Positions 1 to 12,476 of a stretch of DNA of 64,000 nt are shown in pieces. The stretch lies in assembly GCF_009914755.1 (NCBI RefSeq), contig NC_060933.1. One strand, 5' to 3'. Position numbers and translations under genes: made by a program. The notes beneath the pieces are model-generated. The model did not search any database. It saw nothing but the letters and a program-made list of their open reading frames with translations, and had not been told where the DNA came from. Every line of letters starts with the position of its first letter. The first letter of the stretch is position 1. The stretch comes from the human T2T-CHM13v2.0 reference genome, Homo sapiens.

Positions 1-270
1 AAAAACCACTAACATTCGTAATGTTACAATTACAGCAAACTGAGGCTCCCAGACATAACACTAGGCAGAGACTCCCTGGGCTGTGCCAACGTTCCAGATG
101 GCTGGAAGAGAGATTGCTGCAAGAGAAAGGGGGAATTTCATTCCCAACTCCCCCATCTCTTCTCCCATCTGAGACCACTTTCAGTGAAGGGGCTCCAAGG
201 ACTTATGGGGGATTTTCCCACTTCTCCCACTTAATTTTCTGAGTGAAATGATCCTTCAAATTAGGAGTGT

Positions 271-573
271 TTTTTTTTTGGCGGGGGACAGAGTTTCTCT
301 CTTATCTCCCAGGCTGGAGTGCAGTGGTGCGATCTCGGCACACAGCAACCTCTGCTTCCTGGGTTCAAGCGATTCTCCTGGCTCAGCCTCCTGAGTAGCT
401 GGGATTACAGGTGCCCACGACCGTGCCCAGCTAATTTTTTTGTATTTTTAGTAGAGACGGGGTTTCACCTTGTTGGGCTTCAAACAACTGGTCTCGAACT
501 CCAGACCTCATAAGCCACCTGCCTTGGCCTCCCAAAGTGCTGGGATTACAGGCATGAGCCACCACATCCGGCT
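271..573 (-). mobile_element. Alu (S-type) inserted at the start of the ERV protease region
   Basis: Poly-T plus Alu reverse complement; GGAGTGT repeated on both sides (264-270, 575-581). Confidence 0.93.
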
Positions 574-2639
574 GGGAGTGTGGTCTTAACTGTGCTCATT
601 GATGCCACAGCAATATTTTTCATCCTTAATCCCCCTAGCCTCAGTCAGCCCCTGCCTCAGAGTAATAAAAAGATTACAAATGGTGAGTTTCCAAAAAGCC
701 ACTGACTACTTTTGTTTCACAGCCCATTTCTTTCCATCTTGGTCTTCTCTCCAAGACACCCACACCTTTTGCTTGTTAATTCTGCCCCGCTCCACCACCT
801 TGGATGTGATTTTTTTGAAAAATACCATGCTAAAATTTCTTTTTCCCAAGAGGGGGAAATAATTTTAGAATTTGATAAACTAAACTGTCCTCACTCAACA
901 GACTCCCCCAATTCTGTCATTTGTTATGTCATTCCCTGTTCAGAAAACAAAAATAATGTCACTCATTTGGTGCTGAATCAAATACCTGTCTCTTTAAAGG
1001 CAAAATCATTCACTGATATTTTCAAAATTCATAGTGTACCTCTTATTAAAATCCAGATTAACCTATTAAAACCCTTGCTTAATATTAAACAGCCACTAAA
1101 CCAGATGGCACTGCAAGGTATTAAACTTATTATAAAAGAATATAAAAAACAGTCTCATTATTCTCTGTACCAGTCTTTGGAGTACCCTGATCCTACCTAC
1201 TAAAAGACCAAACAACCATGGGAGGAGGTTTGTTCAGGAACTCTCTCTGAGTTATAAACCATAGTATTATTACAAAGCACCCAGTGGTTCCAAATCCCCA
1301 TACTGTATTAAATCCAATACCCATTGATAGCAGATTCTTCACCATCACTGATCTGTGTATTACATTATTCATTATTCCAGGGGATCAAGCCAACCAATAT
1401 CTTCTTGCCTTCACCTGGGAAGGCCAACAGTTCACCTGGACATTAATGCCTCAGGGGTTTACTGAAAGTTTTTCCTATTTTCTCAAATGTTAAAGGCAGA
1501 CTTAGAGGATGTAATTTTTCTCCAAGGCTCTTGTTTACTACAATATGTAGATGACTTCCTTCTTTGCTGTCCTTCACAGGCAGCCTGTGAAAAAGACAGT
1601 GTATACCTATTAAAGCAAGTGGCTGCTTAAGGTCATAATGCCTGTAAAGAAAAACTGCAGTGAGTAAAAACTCAGGTGAAATAATAAAGCCATTTAATTT
1701 CAGAGAATGAATTACATTTAGAACCAGAACAGATTCAAGGCATTTTACAATTTCCTCAGCCCAAAAGAAATGCCAACTTTGTGAGTGGGTTTCTTGGACT
1801 CACTGGCTACTTTTGAAACTGAATTCCCAACTTTTCTTTTCTGGCCCAACTCCTATGTGCTTTACATAAATTTACCAAACCTGACCCCATTACTTGGACA
1901 AAATCATAAGGGTAAGTTTTTAAAAAGCTAAAGGAGAAATTGATAAATTCTCCAGTTCTAGGTAATTCTAATCATAAACTCTTTTTTTTTTCTCTTTGTC
2001 TGTGAAAAGGAAGAAAATACTTCAGGGATCTTAACCCAAAAGCATGGAGGTCCACACCATCCTCCAGGATACTACAGTTGACAACTGGATCCCATCTCCT
2101 GTGGATTCCCTCTCTGCCTAAGAGCAGTCCCCGCTGCATCCTTGTTAGTCAAGGCGACTGAGGAGATAGTCATGGGATTCCTCCCTGACTGTGTTTTTTC
2201 CTCATGCCATGGAAGCCGTTTTACACACTCATCACACTTGGCATTTTTCTGCTAGCGGACTGACCTCCTATGAACCTCTTCTACTTACTATTCATCATAT
2301 TATTCAATCATGCTGCAATAACCTTAACCCTGTGGCTCTCTGGACCTCTCCATCAGATGAAACACCACATGGCTGCTTAACTCTGACAGACCAGCTTTTA
2401 ATTCCTTGGGAGCAATTCCTGTGGACAATGCTGAGTTGTCCTGGTTTACAGATGGCTCACATTTAAAGAATGAGTCTGGCAAGTATTGTGCAGGCTGTGC
2501 AGTCGTGACTTCCTTTGAGATTGTGAAAGCAGCTCATTTACTATTAACTACTTCAGCCCAGCAGGCAGATCTGTTTGCCCTCGCTTGAGCCTGACTCCTT
2601 GCTACAGGAAAGACAATGTTTATGTAAGCAGCAGGTAAG

Positions 2640-4938
2640 TGATATGGCTTGGCTCTGTGTCCCCACCTAAATCTCATCTTGAATTGTAGTTCCATAATTC
2701 CCATGTGTTGTGGGAGGGACCCAGTGGTAGATAATTTGAATCATGGGGAGCAGTTTCCCCCATACTGTTCTCATGGTAGTGAGTAAGTCTCATGAGATCT
2801 GTCGTTTTATCAGGGGTTTCTACTTTTGCGTCTTCCTCATTTTCTCTTGCCACCACCATGTAAGAAGTGCCTTTCACCTCCCACTATGATTCTGAGGCCT
2901 CCCCAGTCATGGGGAACTGTAAGTGTAATTAAACTTCTTTTTCTTCCGAGTCTTGGGTATATGTTTATCAGCTGCATGAAAATGGACTAATACAGTACAT
3001 TGGTACTGGAAGTGGGGCACTGCTGAAAAGATACCCGAAAATGTGGAAGCGACTTTAGAACTGGGTAACAGGCAGAAGTTAGAACAGTTTGGAGGGCTCA
3101 GAAGAAGACAGGAAAATGTGGGAAAGTTTAGAACTCCCTAGAGACTTGTTGAATGGCTTTGACAAATGTATTGTTAATGATATGGACAATGAAATCCAGG
3201 CTGAGGTGGTCTCAGATGGAGATGAGTAACTTTTTGGGAACTGGAGCAAAGTTGACTCTTGTTATGTTTTAGCAAAGAGACTGGCAGCATTTTGCCTCTG
3301 CCCTAGAGATCCGTGGAGCTTTGAATTTGAGAGAGATGATTTAGGGTACCTGGCAGAAGAAATTTGTAAGCAGCAAAGCACTCAAGAGGTGACTGGGGTG
3401 CTTCTAAAGGCATTCAGTTTTAAAAAGGAAGCAGAGCATAAAAGTTTGGAAAAATTTGCAGCCGGACAATGTCATAGGATAGAAAATCTTATTTTCTGAG
3501 GAGAAATTCAAGCTGGCTGCAGATACTTGCATAAATAATGAGGAGCTGAATGTTAATCTCCAAGACAATGGGGGAAGTGTCTCCAGGGCATGTCAGAGAC
3601 CTTTGTGGCAGCCTCTGTCATAACAGACCTGGAGGTCTAGGAGGGAAAAATGGTTTTGTGGGCAGGGCCCAGGGTCCCCATGCTGTGTGCAGTATAGGGA
3701 CTTGGTGCCCTGTGTCCCAGCCACTCCCACTGTAGCTGAAAGGGGCCAACATAGAGCTCAGGCCATGGCTTCAGATGGTGCAAGCTTCAAGCCTTGGCAG
3801 CTTCCATGTGGTGTTGAGCCTGTGGGTGCACAGAAGTCAAGAATTGAGGTTGGGAACCTCTGCCTAGATTTCAGATGTATGGAAATGCATGGATGCCCAG
3901 GCAGAAGTTTGCTGCAGGGGTGGGGCTCTCATGGAGAACCTTTGCTAGGGCAGGGTGCAAGGGAAATGTGGGGTTGGAACCCCCACACAGAGTCCCTACT
4001 GGGGCACTGTGGTTGAATGGCTTTGACATTGGCCTAGTGGAGCTGTGAGAAGAGGGCCACTGTTCTCCAGACCCCAGAATTGTAGAGCCACCCACAGCTT
4101 TCACCAGGTGCCTGGAAAAGCCATGGACACTCAATGCCAGCCCATGAATGCAGCGGGGAGGGAGGCTGTACCCTGCAAAGCCACAGGGGTGGAGCTGCCC
4201 AAGACTATGGGAACCCACCTCTTGCATCAGCATGACCTGGATGTGAGACCTGGAGTCAAAGGAGATCATCTTGCAGCTTTAAGATTTGACTGCCCTGCTT
4301 GATTTCAGACTTGCATGGGGCCTGTAGCCCCTTTGTTTTGGCCAATTTCCCCCATTTGGAATGGCTATATCTACCCAATACCGGTACCCCCATTGTATCT
4401 AGGAAGTAACTAGCTTGCTTTTGATTTTACAGGCTCATAGGAGGAAGGGGCTTGCCTTGTCTCAGATGACACTTTGGACTTTTGGGTTAATGCTGAAAAG
4501 AGTTAAACTTTGGGGGACTGTAGGGAAGACATGATTGGTTTTGAAATGTGAGGACATGAGATTTGGAGGGACCAGGGGTGGAATGATATGGTTTGGCTCT
4601 GTGTCCCCACCCAAATCTCAACTTGAATTGTATCTCCAGTAATTCCCATGTGTTGTGAGAGGGACCCAGTGGGAAATAATTTGAATCACGGGGGCAGTTC
4701 CCCCATACTGTTCTCATGGTAGTGAATAAGTCTCATGAGATCTAATGGTTTTATAAGGGTTTTCTGTTTTTTCATCTTCCTCGTCTTCTCTTGCTGCTGC
4801 CATATAAGAAATGCCTTTTACCTCCCACTGTGATTCTGAGGCCCCCTCAGCCATGTGGAATTGTAAGTCCAATTAAGCCTCTTTTTCTTCCCAGTCTCAG
4901 GAGTGTCTTTACCAGCAGCATGAAAATGAACTAATACA
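2640..4938 (+). mobile_element. Full-length THE1 (MaLR): LTR 2640-2994, internal region, LTR 4584-4938
   Basis: Both LTRs run TGATATGG...CTAATACA; 5-bp TSD GTAAG at 2635-2639 and 4939-4943. Confidence 0.95.
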
Positions 4939-7900
4939 GTAAGCCTTTGGAGTTGTTCATAATTTTGGTATGGTTTGGAAGTAAAGAGGTTCCTCACTTC
5001 CAATGGAGACAAAATAAAGAATGACCCTTATGCTTAAGAATTATTAGATGCTATACAGTTACCTGATGCCCTAACCATGATCAAAGTCTCTGGCCATTCA
5101 AAATTAGACACTGTGGAATCTAGAGAAAATCACTTTGCTGATAATGCAGCAAAGAATGCTGTCCTTAAAAGATCCTATTGATCAAATTTCTATCATGGCC
5201 CAGCTAGAAAATTCCCCCCAAATAATTCTGAAACAATTACTAAAGAAGCACAGAATTGGGCATCTGAGGCCAAAAAAATAAGCTGGAGAATAGTGGATGC
5301 TGATTCACTGGTAAAGATATACTTGGGTTTGGGCCAAATAAACAAACCTGTCCTGCTAGACTCCATGAAATTTCCATTGTTTACTACTGTACATAACTTA
5401 AGCCACTGGGCTACATAAAATACAATTACTTCTATAAAACAATACTGGTCAGGTACCATCAATAAAGCAGCCAAAAATACTTATTTTACCCTGCCCTACA
5501 TTCCCTAAATCCAATCCTGGGAATGCAGGGTGCATAACCCTGAACATTTTAACCTCCCTAATGGGCCTTTCAAAGTTGGATTTTATCGAGCTCCCTCCTT
5601 TGCATGGATACAAATGTGTGTTAGTCTTGATCTGTATGTTCTCCCCCTGGATTGAAGCATTCCCCTGAAGATGAGCCACCACATTAACAGTAGTTAAAGT
5701 CCTTTTAGAAAAGATAATTCATACCAGGGCCATCTCTCTTGAGCTCCCAGCAACTGAGGAATTAATTTTACAGGACAAGTTATAATACAAATGTGGGCCA
5801 TCTGGCCAATCTTACAGCACTTTAATTGTGCTTATCATCTCCAGCCCTCTGGACTAGTTGAAATGCACCAATAGTACTCTTAAGACCCAACTGGCAAATT
5901 TTGTAGAAACCTTATACTTGCCGTGGCCAAAAGCCCTGCCTATAGTGCTTCAGAGCTAAAAGGTCTCCCTTTGGAATACATAAGATCTCACAATTTGTAG
6001 TTATTACTGGGTACCCCATGCATTTGGCCCCAACTTCAAAGACCCAAAGTTCATAAAAGGTGAAATGCTTCAATATTATAAAGGTATAATCAAGGCTATG
6101 GATAAAAAGTATGCTCTGGTAGAACAATCTTTCCACAGTGCATTCCCAGGAGATGAAGACCTAAAACACCATAATCTGCAATCAGGAGATTTTGTCTATT
6201 TGAAAAGACATTTAAAAAAAGACTCCCTCTGACCTCATTGAGAGGCCCATTTCCAGTCCTGTTAACCAACCTTTGTGCTGCCAACCTTAAAGGAATTGAT
6301 TCTTGGATATATGTATCTTATCTAAGGAAAACATCAGCTCCTGAGTGGATCTGCACTCCTGTCAACGAATTAATACTAAAAATTTCTAAGAACTGAACTT
6401 AGTTTATAAAACTAAAAATTTCTAAGATTTGAAGCAGGTGGCATCTGTTTCTCCCAAGATGTTTGGATGACTTCTATATACCCTTTCCTTATTTCTAATT
6501 CTTACTTTATCTTATCCATTTCTTTTCCCTGGAAGACGATATTCCTGTCCACATTTCCCAGTCTGTTGGTACAGGGGAAAACTTACTGATTGTTGGATCT
6601 GTCATAAAAAATCCTGACCTGTTAATGACTCTAGTTTTCTTTTAGTACAATCTGTAACAAATTTAGTACAATCTGTAACAAACATCTCAGCTCCAACCCT
6701 CTGTACAAAGTGTATCATGGGACCATCCTATAAGGTTAAGCTTTCTCATTCACCTTCTATTCCTGTCTCCTGTCTCATCTACTCAAAACAATGATCTCCT
6801 AGTAGGGCCCTAGAGACGTGCAATGGATCATCTCTCTAAAAGTATTCCTTGGGTCTCTTTACCATATGTAAGAAAACTTGTTGGGACTGATTTTAAGAGG
6901 AAGGGCCATTAGCAGTTTATAGTAATATAACTGACCCCTGGTTTAATCCTGCCAGACACAGAAAATTTACAGATGGAAGAATTCTTTGTTTTCCTATTGG
7001 ATATATTTACTTTTGTGGGTGGGATATGTCAATATGGGCCTCCAGATATTTAGACACTTGGACAACAGGAGGCTAATGTGTGTTGGGATGTTTTGTTTCT
7101 CTGTTGTCAATGCATAATAGATCTGAAACTGGTCACGGGACTGTCATTGGACTAGTCCCGTCTTACTATATCAAAGGGTTAAACATGAGTTACCAGGTGG
7201 GCATGGGACTCTGGATTGCTTCCTTTGTCAGATCTTTTGTATAATGGTATGATATAGCCACTAATGAAGAAATGGTAAAAGATTTATTTGCTACCCTAGG
7301 AATTCTTGCAGACTTCACTGCAAGTATACAATAGCATTCATTGGCTTCTCTTGCCAGGGTAGTGTTGACAGAATTGCTCTTGATTATCTATTAGCCGAGC
7401 AAGATGGTATCTGTGCGATTGCTAATACTGCATGTTGTACCCAGGTTAACTCCTCCAGGTAAGTTGAAACTCAGTTACATAAACTAAAAGAACAAGTCTA
7501 TCTGGCTACAAGTCTCACCCATTTCTCTGGGGTCATTTTATCTATTTAGTTGGTTGCCTTTGTTCATGGCTCAAAAGCATCATGCAAACTGGACTCGTCA
7601 TATTATGGCTATTTTTGCTCTGTATTTTCCTTTTTAAACTGTATACTTGTTGTCTGTTAAATCTTTGCAGAAATACAACTCCTGACAAAATAATGTTGGC
7701 CCAGCAATTTGAGATGATAGTCAATGCCTATGGAACAGACAAAATTAAATTTAATGATGAAATCCAGATGAGATAAGCCTAAGAGCTTCTCCTTCTGGCC
7801 TCCTTCTTGCTCAAATGTGGCTAAAAGGGTCTTGAGACTGACTTCCAGCTGTTTATCACTTCCGCCTGATGTGGGATGAGATCAACTAACTACAACAGGT

Positions 7901-7991
7901 CTATCCCAGCACCAAAGGACAATTCAAACCTGGCTACAGGCTAGTTGATCAATGATATTTTTAGAGAAAAATCATTATCAAAAGAGGGAAA

Positions 7992-8532
7992 TGTGAAAGT
8001 TGCAGGTATCAGGATGAAATAACTTTTGTCACACCCAGACAAAATAGGGCTGGGAAGGCATGAAGGAGAGGGGGCTCATGCTTACGTGTCTGAGATAAGA
8101 ACTATTTCCAAGAAGTTTCTAAGAGCTCCAGAAGACATCTCTTTGTATCTTTCACTCATCTGCTTTGTACAGCTTGCAGGTTTCACACATATACATATGC
8201 TTCTATGGCAAGGTTTATCACTAGACATTCTTCAGGACTGCAGTAATTCAGATAACATGCTCTCAAATGGTCATTTGCACAGTAACAGCATCTCTACCAA
8301 TGAACTGATGACAACTTTAGCTTTGAGCCTCTGGAGCCAGTGGACTCCGTGTCTAAGCAGCTGACACGAACCTCTTCCTTCTTGCCAATGAGAGCTTCCC
8401 TTTACCCTGCCCTCACCAGATGCACTGGTGGCTTGTCATTTTGTGCACCCTGGGTTATAATTTTCATTTCTCATTCCTGAATAAACTCAACATATTTGGA
8501 CATTTCTCTAATTTTTTTTTTCCTAGGTGAAT
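7992..8532 (+). mobile_element. 3' LTR of the ERV (resembles MER34-group LTRs)
   Basis: Starts TGTGAAAG directly after the PPT AAAAGAGGGAAA; AATAAA at ~8480. Family name from recalled consensus; right end approximate. Confidence 0.72.
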
Positions 8533-10153
8533 ACTTGGCAGGACAACAGGCAGACAAGGAGCAGCCTGGGCTACACCCTCCTCCATCCAGCTTGGCAGGG
8601 AAGGTTGGGGCAGGGCCTCGCTAGGAGATAGGGGCTAGAGGGCGAGGCCAGGGGCAGGGTTAGGCATGGGGACAGCACCACGGTGGGGTCTTCCTGGCTC
8701 ACTGTCCACTACCAGGTACTGGGATCCCCAGTTATTTTATTGCCTCACCATGAAAAGAAGTGAAAGCATTCCCTAAACATAATTTCATCATTGTCTTTAT
8801 CTCTCTCCCGCCACATTTCTTCTTTTCTATTGCTCTTTCTCTCACAAAAGCAGGGGATATATATGAAACTTGCTAAGTGGTTCTATTGAAGCTTCTTCCA
8901 TTAAGCTTGAGATAAGGAGAAAAACAACCCTCTCCCTGTTAGGAGGATTTGGGGTTCACTATGCAGCTTTCTCTGAAAGAAAACTTTACAAGACACTCTC
9001 TTACCTCCAGCTCTCAGCTCTTTTTAGATCCACATTAGATTGAGAGGCTCAAGTGTTACGATATTGATTATTATTATTATTTCCTATCAATATCTTCATT
9101 TTGTGTGTCACAATTCACTTTAATATCTGTTGTCTCCCAGGTCTTGGTGCCTCAGTTGAAACTTCCAATTTAACATCCTGACACACACTACTCCCTCTTC
9201 CTGTGATCATCAGAACAAGATAAAACCTTGTGTGTCTGGATAGTTCTCATCTGTTAAGATTCAGGTAAAGAAACGCCTTCTTTGGGAAGTTGTTTATATC
9301 CTCTTCCATCAGACTGAGCTAATTATTCCTCTTCAAACCCACACAGTGTTCCATGTAAACTATTATAGTCTTTGCTACACTGAGTCACTCTGGAATCAGA
9401 TGCCAAGATTCAAGTCTTCCTTTCACGAACTATATGATCTTGGGGTATTCTTCCCCTTTTAGAGCCTGAGTTTTTTAAACTTACCTTTTGGAGTTTTTGT
9501 CAGAATTAAGTTAGATGATTTTAAGGTATATTAAGTTCTTAGATCAGTCCCTGAGAGAACTGAGGTGACATTTATTTTGTCACTGAACATCTGTATGTGT
9601 TTGGGGAGAAAGGAAGTGTGGGCTATATTCTGGAAGGACAAGACAGCAGTGTGTTAATTATTATGTAAGGAGTGAGAAATGTCATATGTTTTTCTTAAAA
9701 TTTCTGAAAGGGCTTCAGCTTCCTGGATATCTGGTGCCTGGGCGAAAGAGGAGCCATATCTTCACAAAAGTGGAAAATTCCTAAGAAATAGAGGTGTGAA
9801 GGGCCAGACACATTTTATAACAAATTTAAAATCTGGGAAAGGTCAGCCCTGATGGCTTCCTTTTCATACCAGCCAAAGTGACATAACATGCTCAGAATAT
9901 TTTCCAATTCCATTACCCAAGAAAAGAGCAAACAAAGTCCTATACAACATATCCTATTTTACTATTCCCTCAAACAGATGCAATAATAATATCAGGAAAG
10001 CATTTCAGAGTGACAGCTGTGGAAGAAAGACAAGTGAGCTATATTTTCAATAATTTGTATTTCTGTATTATTGAGGAAAAATATTACATGGGATGTTTTA
10101 AAAGAAAGGTAAATATCAGTTAGAATAATGGTTTTTTTTTACTCAATAATTTT

Positions 10154-10456
<303 letters not shown>

Positions 10457-12228
10457 TACTCAAGAGTTTTCTTAGGGCTCCCTTAATGTCTTTATTTCTC
10501 AGACTGTAAATGAATGGGTTCAACATGGGAGTGACTGCTGTGTATATCACTGAAGCAATTATGTTCTTGTCATTGGTGTTGCTGGATGGGGGAAGAAAAT
10601 AGAGACCAATAATTGTCCGATAATAGATAGTCACCACTGAGAGGTGGGATCCACAAGTGGACAAGGCTTTGCATATGCCCTTGGTAGAGGGAATCTGGAG
10701 GATGGTGACCCCAATGTGACCATAAGAAACCAGGATGCACAGGAATGGAAGCATAATGGCTGTCAATGCTGCTGTAAAGATTGCTAACTGATTGAGGGAG
10801 GTGTCTGAGCAGGACAACTTGAGCAGGGCACCAAGGTCACAGAAGTAGTGAGGGATGATGTGGTCAGCACAGAAGGAAAGCTGGGCCAGGAGGAGGGTAT
10901 GCAAAAGAGCACACGCACAAGCGATGACCCAGGACCCAGCCACCAGCATGACACACTGGCTCTGAGTCATGATGGTGGCATAATGTAGAGGATGACAGAT
11001 GGCCACATACCTGTCATATGCCATTGAAGTGATAAGGAAACTGTCTAAGTCAGCAAAAAATATGAAAAAATATGTCTGTGAAATGCATCCCTTGTAAAAG
11101 ACGGCTAGGTGCTGAGTCTGCATGTTCATCAGCATCTTAGGGACAGTGACAGATGAAAAGGAGATGTCAGTGAGGGCCAAGTGGCTAAGGAAGAAGTACA
11201 TGGGGGTGTGAAGGTGAGAGTCTAGCTGGATGAGCAGCATGATGAGCAGGTTCCCCAGCACCGTGGTCAGGTACATGCCCAGGAACAGGGCGAAGAACAC
11301 GGCCTGCTGCTCTGGCCGGATGGGGAGGCCCAGGAGGAGGAACTCGGACACGCTGCTCTGGTTCTCAGGGCTCATGTTTATATCAGCTGGAGGGCACTAG
11401 GGAAATTTGAAGGAAAAAAATGGTATGTCTTGGAATAAGAAATGATAACTGTGGCATAGTATAATAGAGATGTTCTTTTGACTTAGAGAATGTCTTCATA
11501 TTTTCTTACATTTGCCACATATTTTGCTGCAAATGTGCTGAAAAAGAAATGAAGGTTTAGTCGATATAGCTACTTTCTTTCTGAATCTGGTCTCTGTAAA
11601 TGATAGTACTAAAAGTTGTTTGCTAAATGTTTTTTAATACACTGTTCCAATAGCTGATGTATTGTAAGTGATTCAATAGCCTTCAATATATGAGCTGGGT
11701 GGTACTGTTATTATTTCTACTCTTTAGATGTGAAAGCTAAGGCAGACAGTCTTATAGTCACAGCAATAGGAAGAGGAGAAGCTGGGATTTGGACCGAAGT
11801 ATCTTGACTCCATAGTTTCTTCTGTGGAAACAAAGCAATTATTTGACATTGGAAATCTCATTGCCTTATTTTGTGTGCAATGACCTATTTAATTCTGTAT
11901 ACCCTGCTTGTCTACACAGTGCATGATTATTTCTAATTTATTCATTGTTTATAGACCCCTAATCTTTTTTTAAGACATAACACTTTATTTATTAAAAAAC
12001 TCTTCCATGTAAACAATTACTCCAAAAGACAACAAAACAAGTTATTTTGAGTGATTTTTCAAAGGACATACCCACATATTTTATCATGATATATATGTAC
12101 TATTCTAGAAGGTGGGGAGGGTGGTACTGTTGAAAGTCCAGGTAAATAAATCATAATACGAAGTAAGCAACAAGATAGAAAATCTTTCTTATGGTTTCAG
12201 ATCCATACATAATTGCTCTGATCTTTTT

Positions 12229-12476
12229 TTGTTTGTTTGTTTGTTTGAGACAGAGTCTCGCTCTGTTGCCAAGGCTGGAGTGCAGTGGTGAGATCTCGGC
12301 ACACTGTAACCTCCGCCTCCTGGGTTCAAGCGATTCTTCCAGCTAATTTTTTATTTTTAGTAGAGACGGAGTTTCACCATGTTGGTCAGGCTGGTCTCGA
12401 ACTCCTGACCTCATGATCCACCCGCCTCAGCCTCCCAGAGTGCTGGGGTTACAGGTGTGAGCCACTGCACCCAGCC
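12229..12476 (-). mobile_element. Alu with an internal deletion
   Basis: TSD TAATTGCTCTGATCTTTTT at 12210-12228 and 12477-12495; segment between GATTCTTCC and AGCTAATT is missing. Confidence 0.92.

Larger units (their letters stand above)
1..7991 (+). mobile_element. Decayed class I (gamma-like) ERV internal region: end of gag, pro, pol (RT, RNase H, IN), env; 5' part lies outside the window
   Basis: Protease remnant VLIDATA (~592-612) and LGCDFFEK. RT LAFTWEGQQFTWTLMPQGF and QYVDD (1541-1555). RNase H WFTDGS...TSAQQA (2406-2588). IN LDFIELP, WIEAFP and GPF motifs (~5570-6280). Env CWIC (6591-6602), RIALDYLLAEQDGICAIANTACC (~7370-7440) and hydrophobic anchor (7582-7776). Polypurine tract 7980-7991. 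Many stops and frameshifts. Confidence 0.92.

Noticed and set aside
712-2588. Potentially functional retroviral pro/pol ORFs
   Set aside because: Fragmented by stops, frameshifts and insertions; the protease DTG motif is lost.
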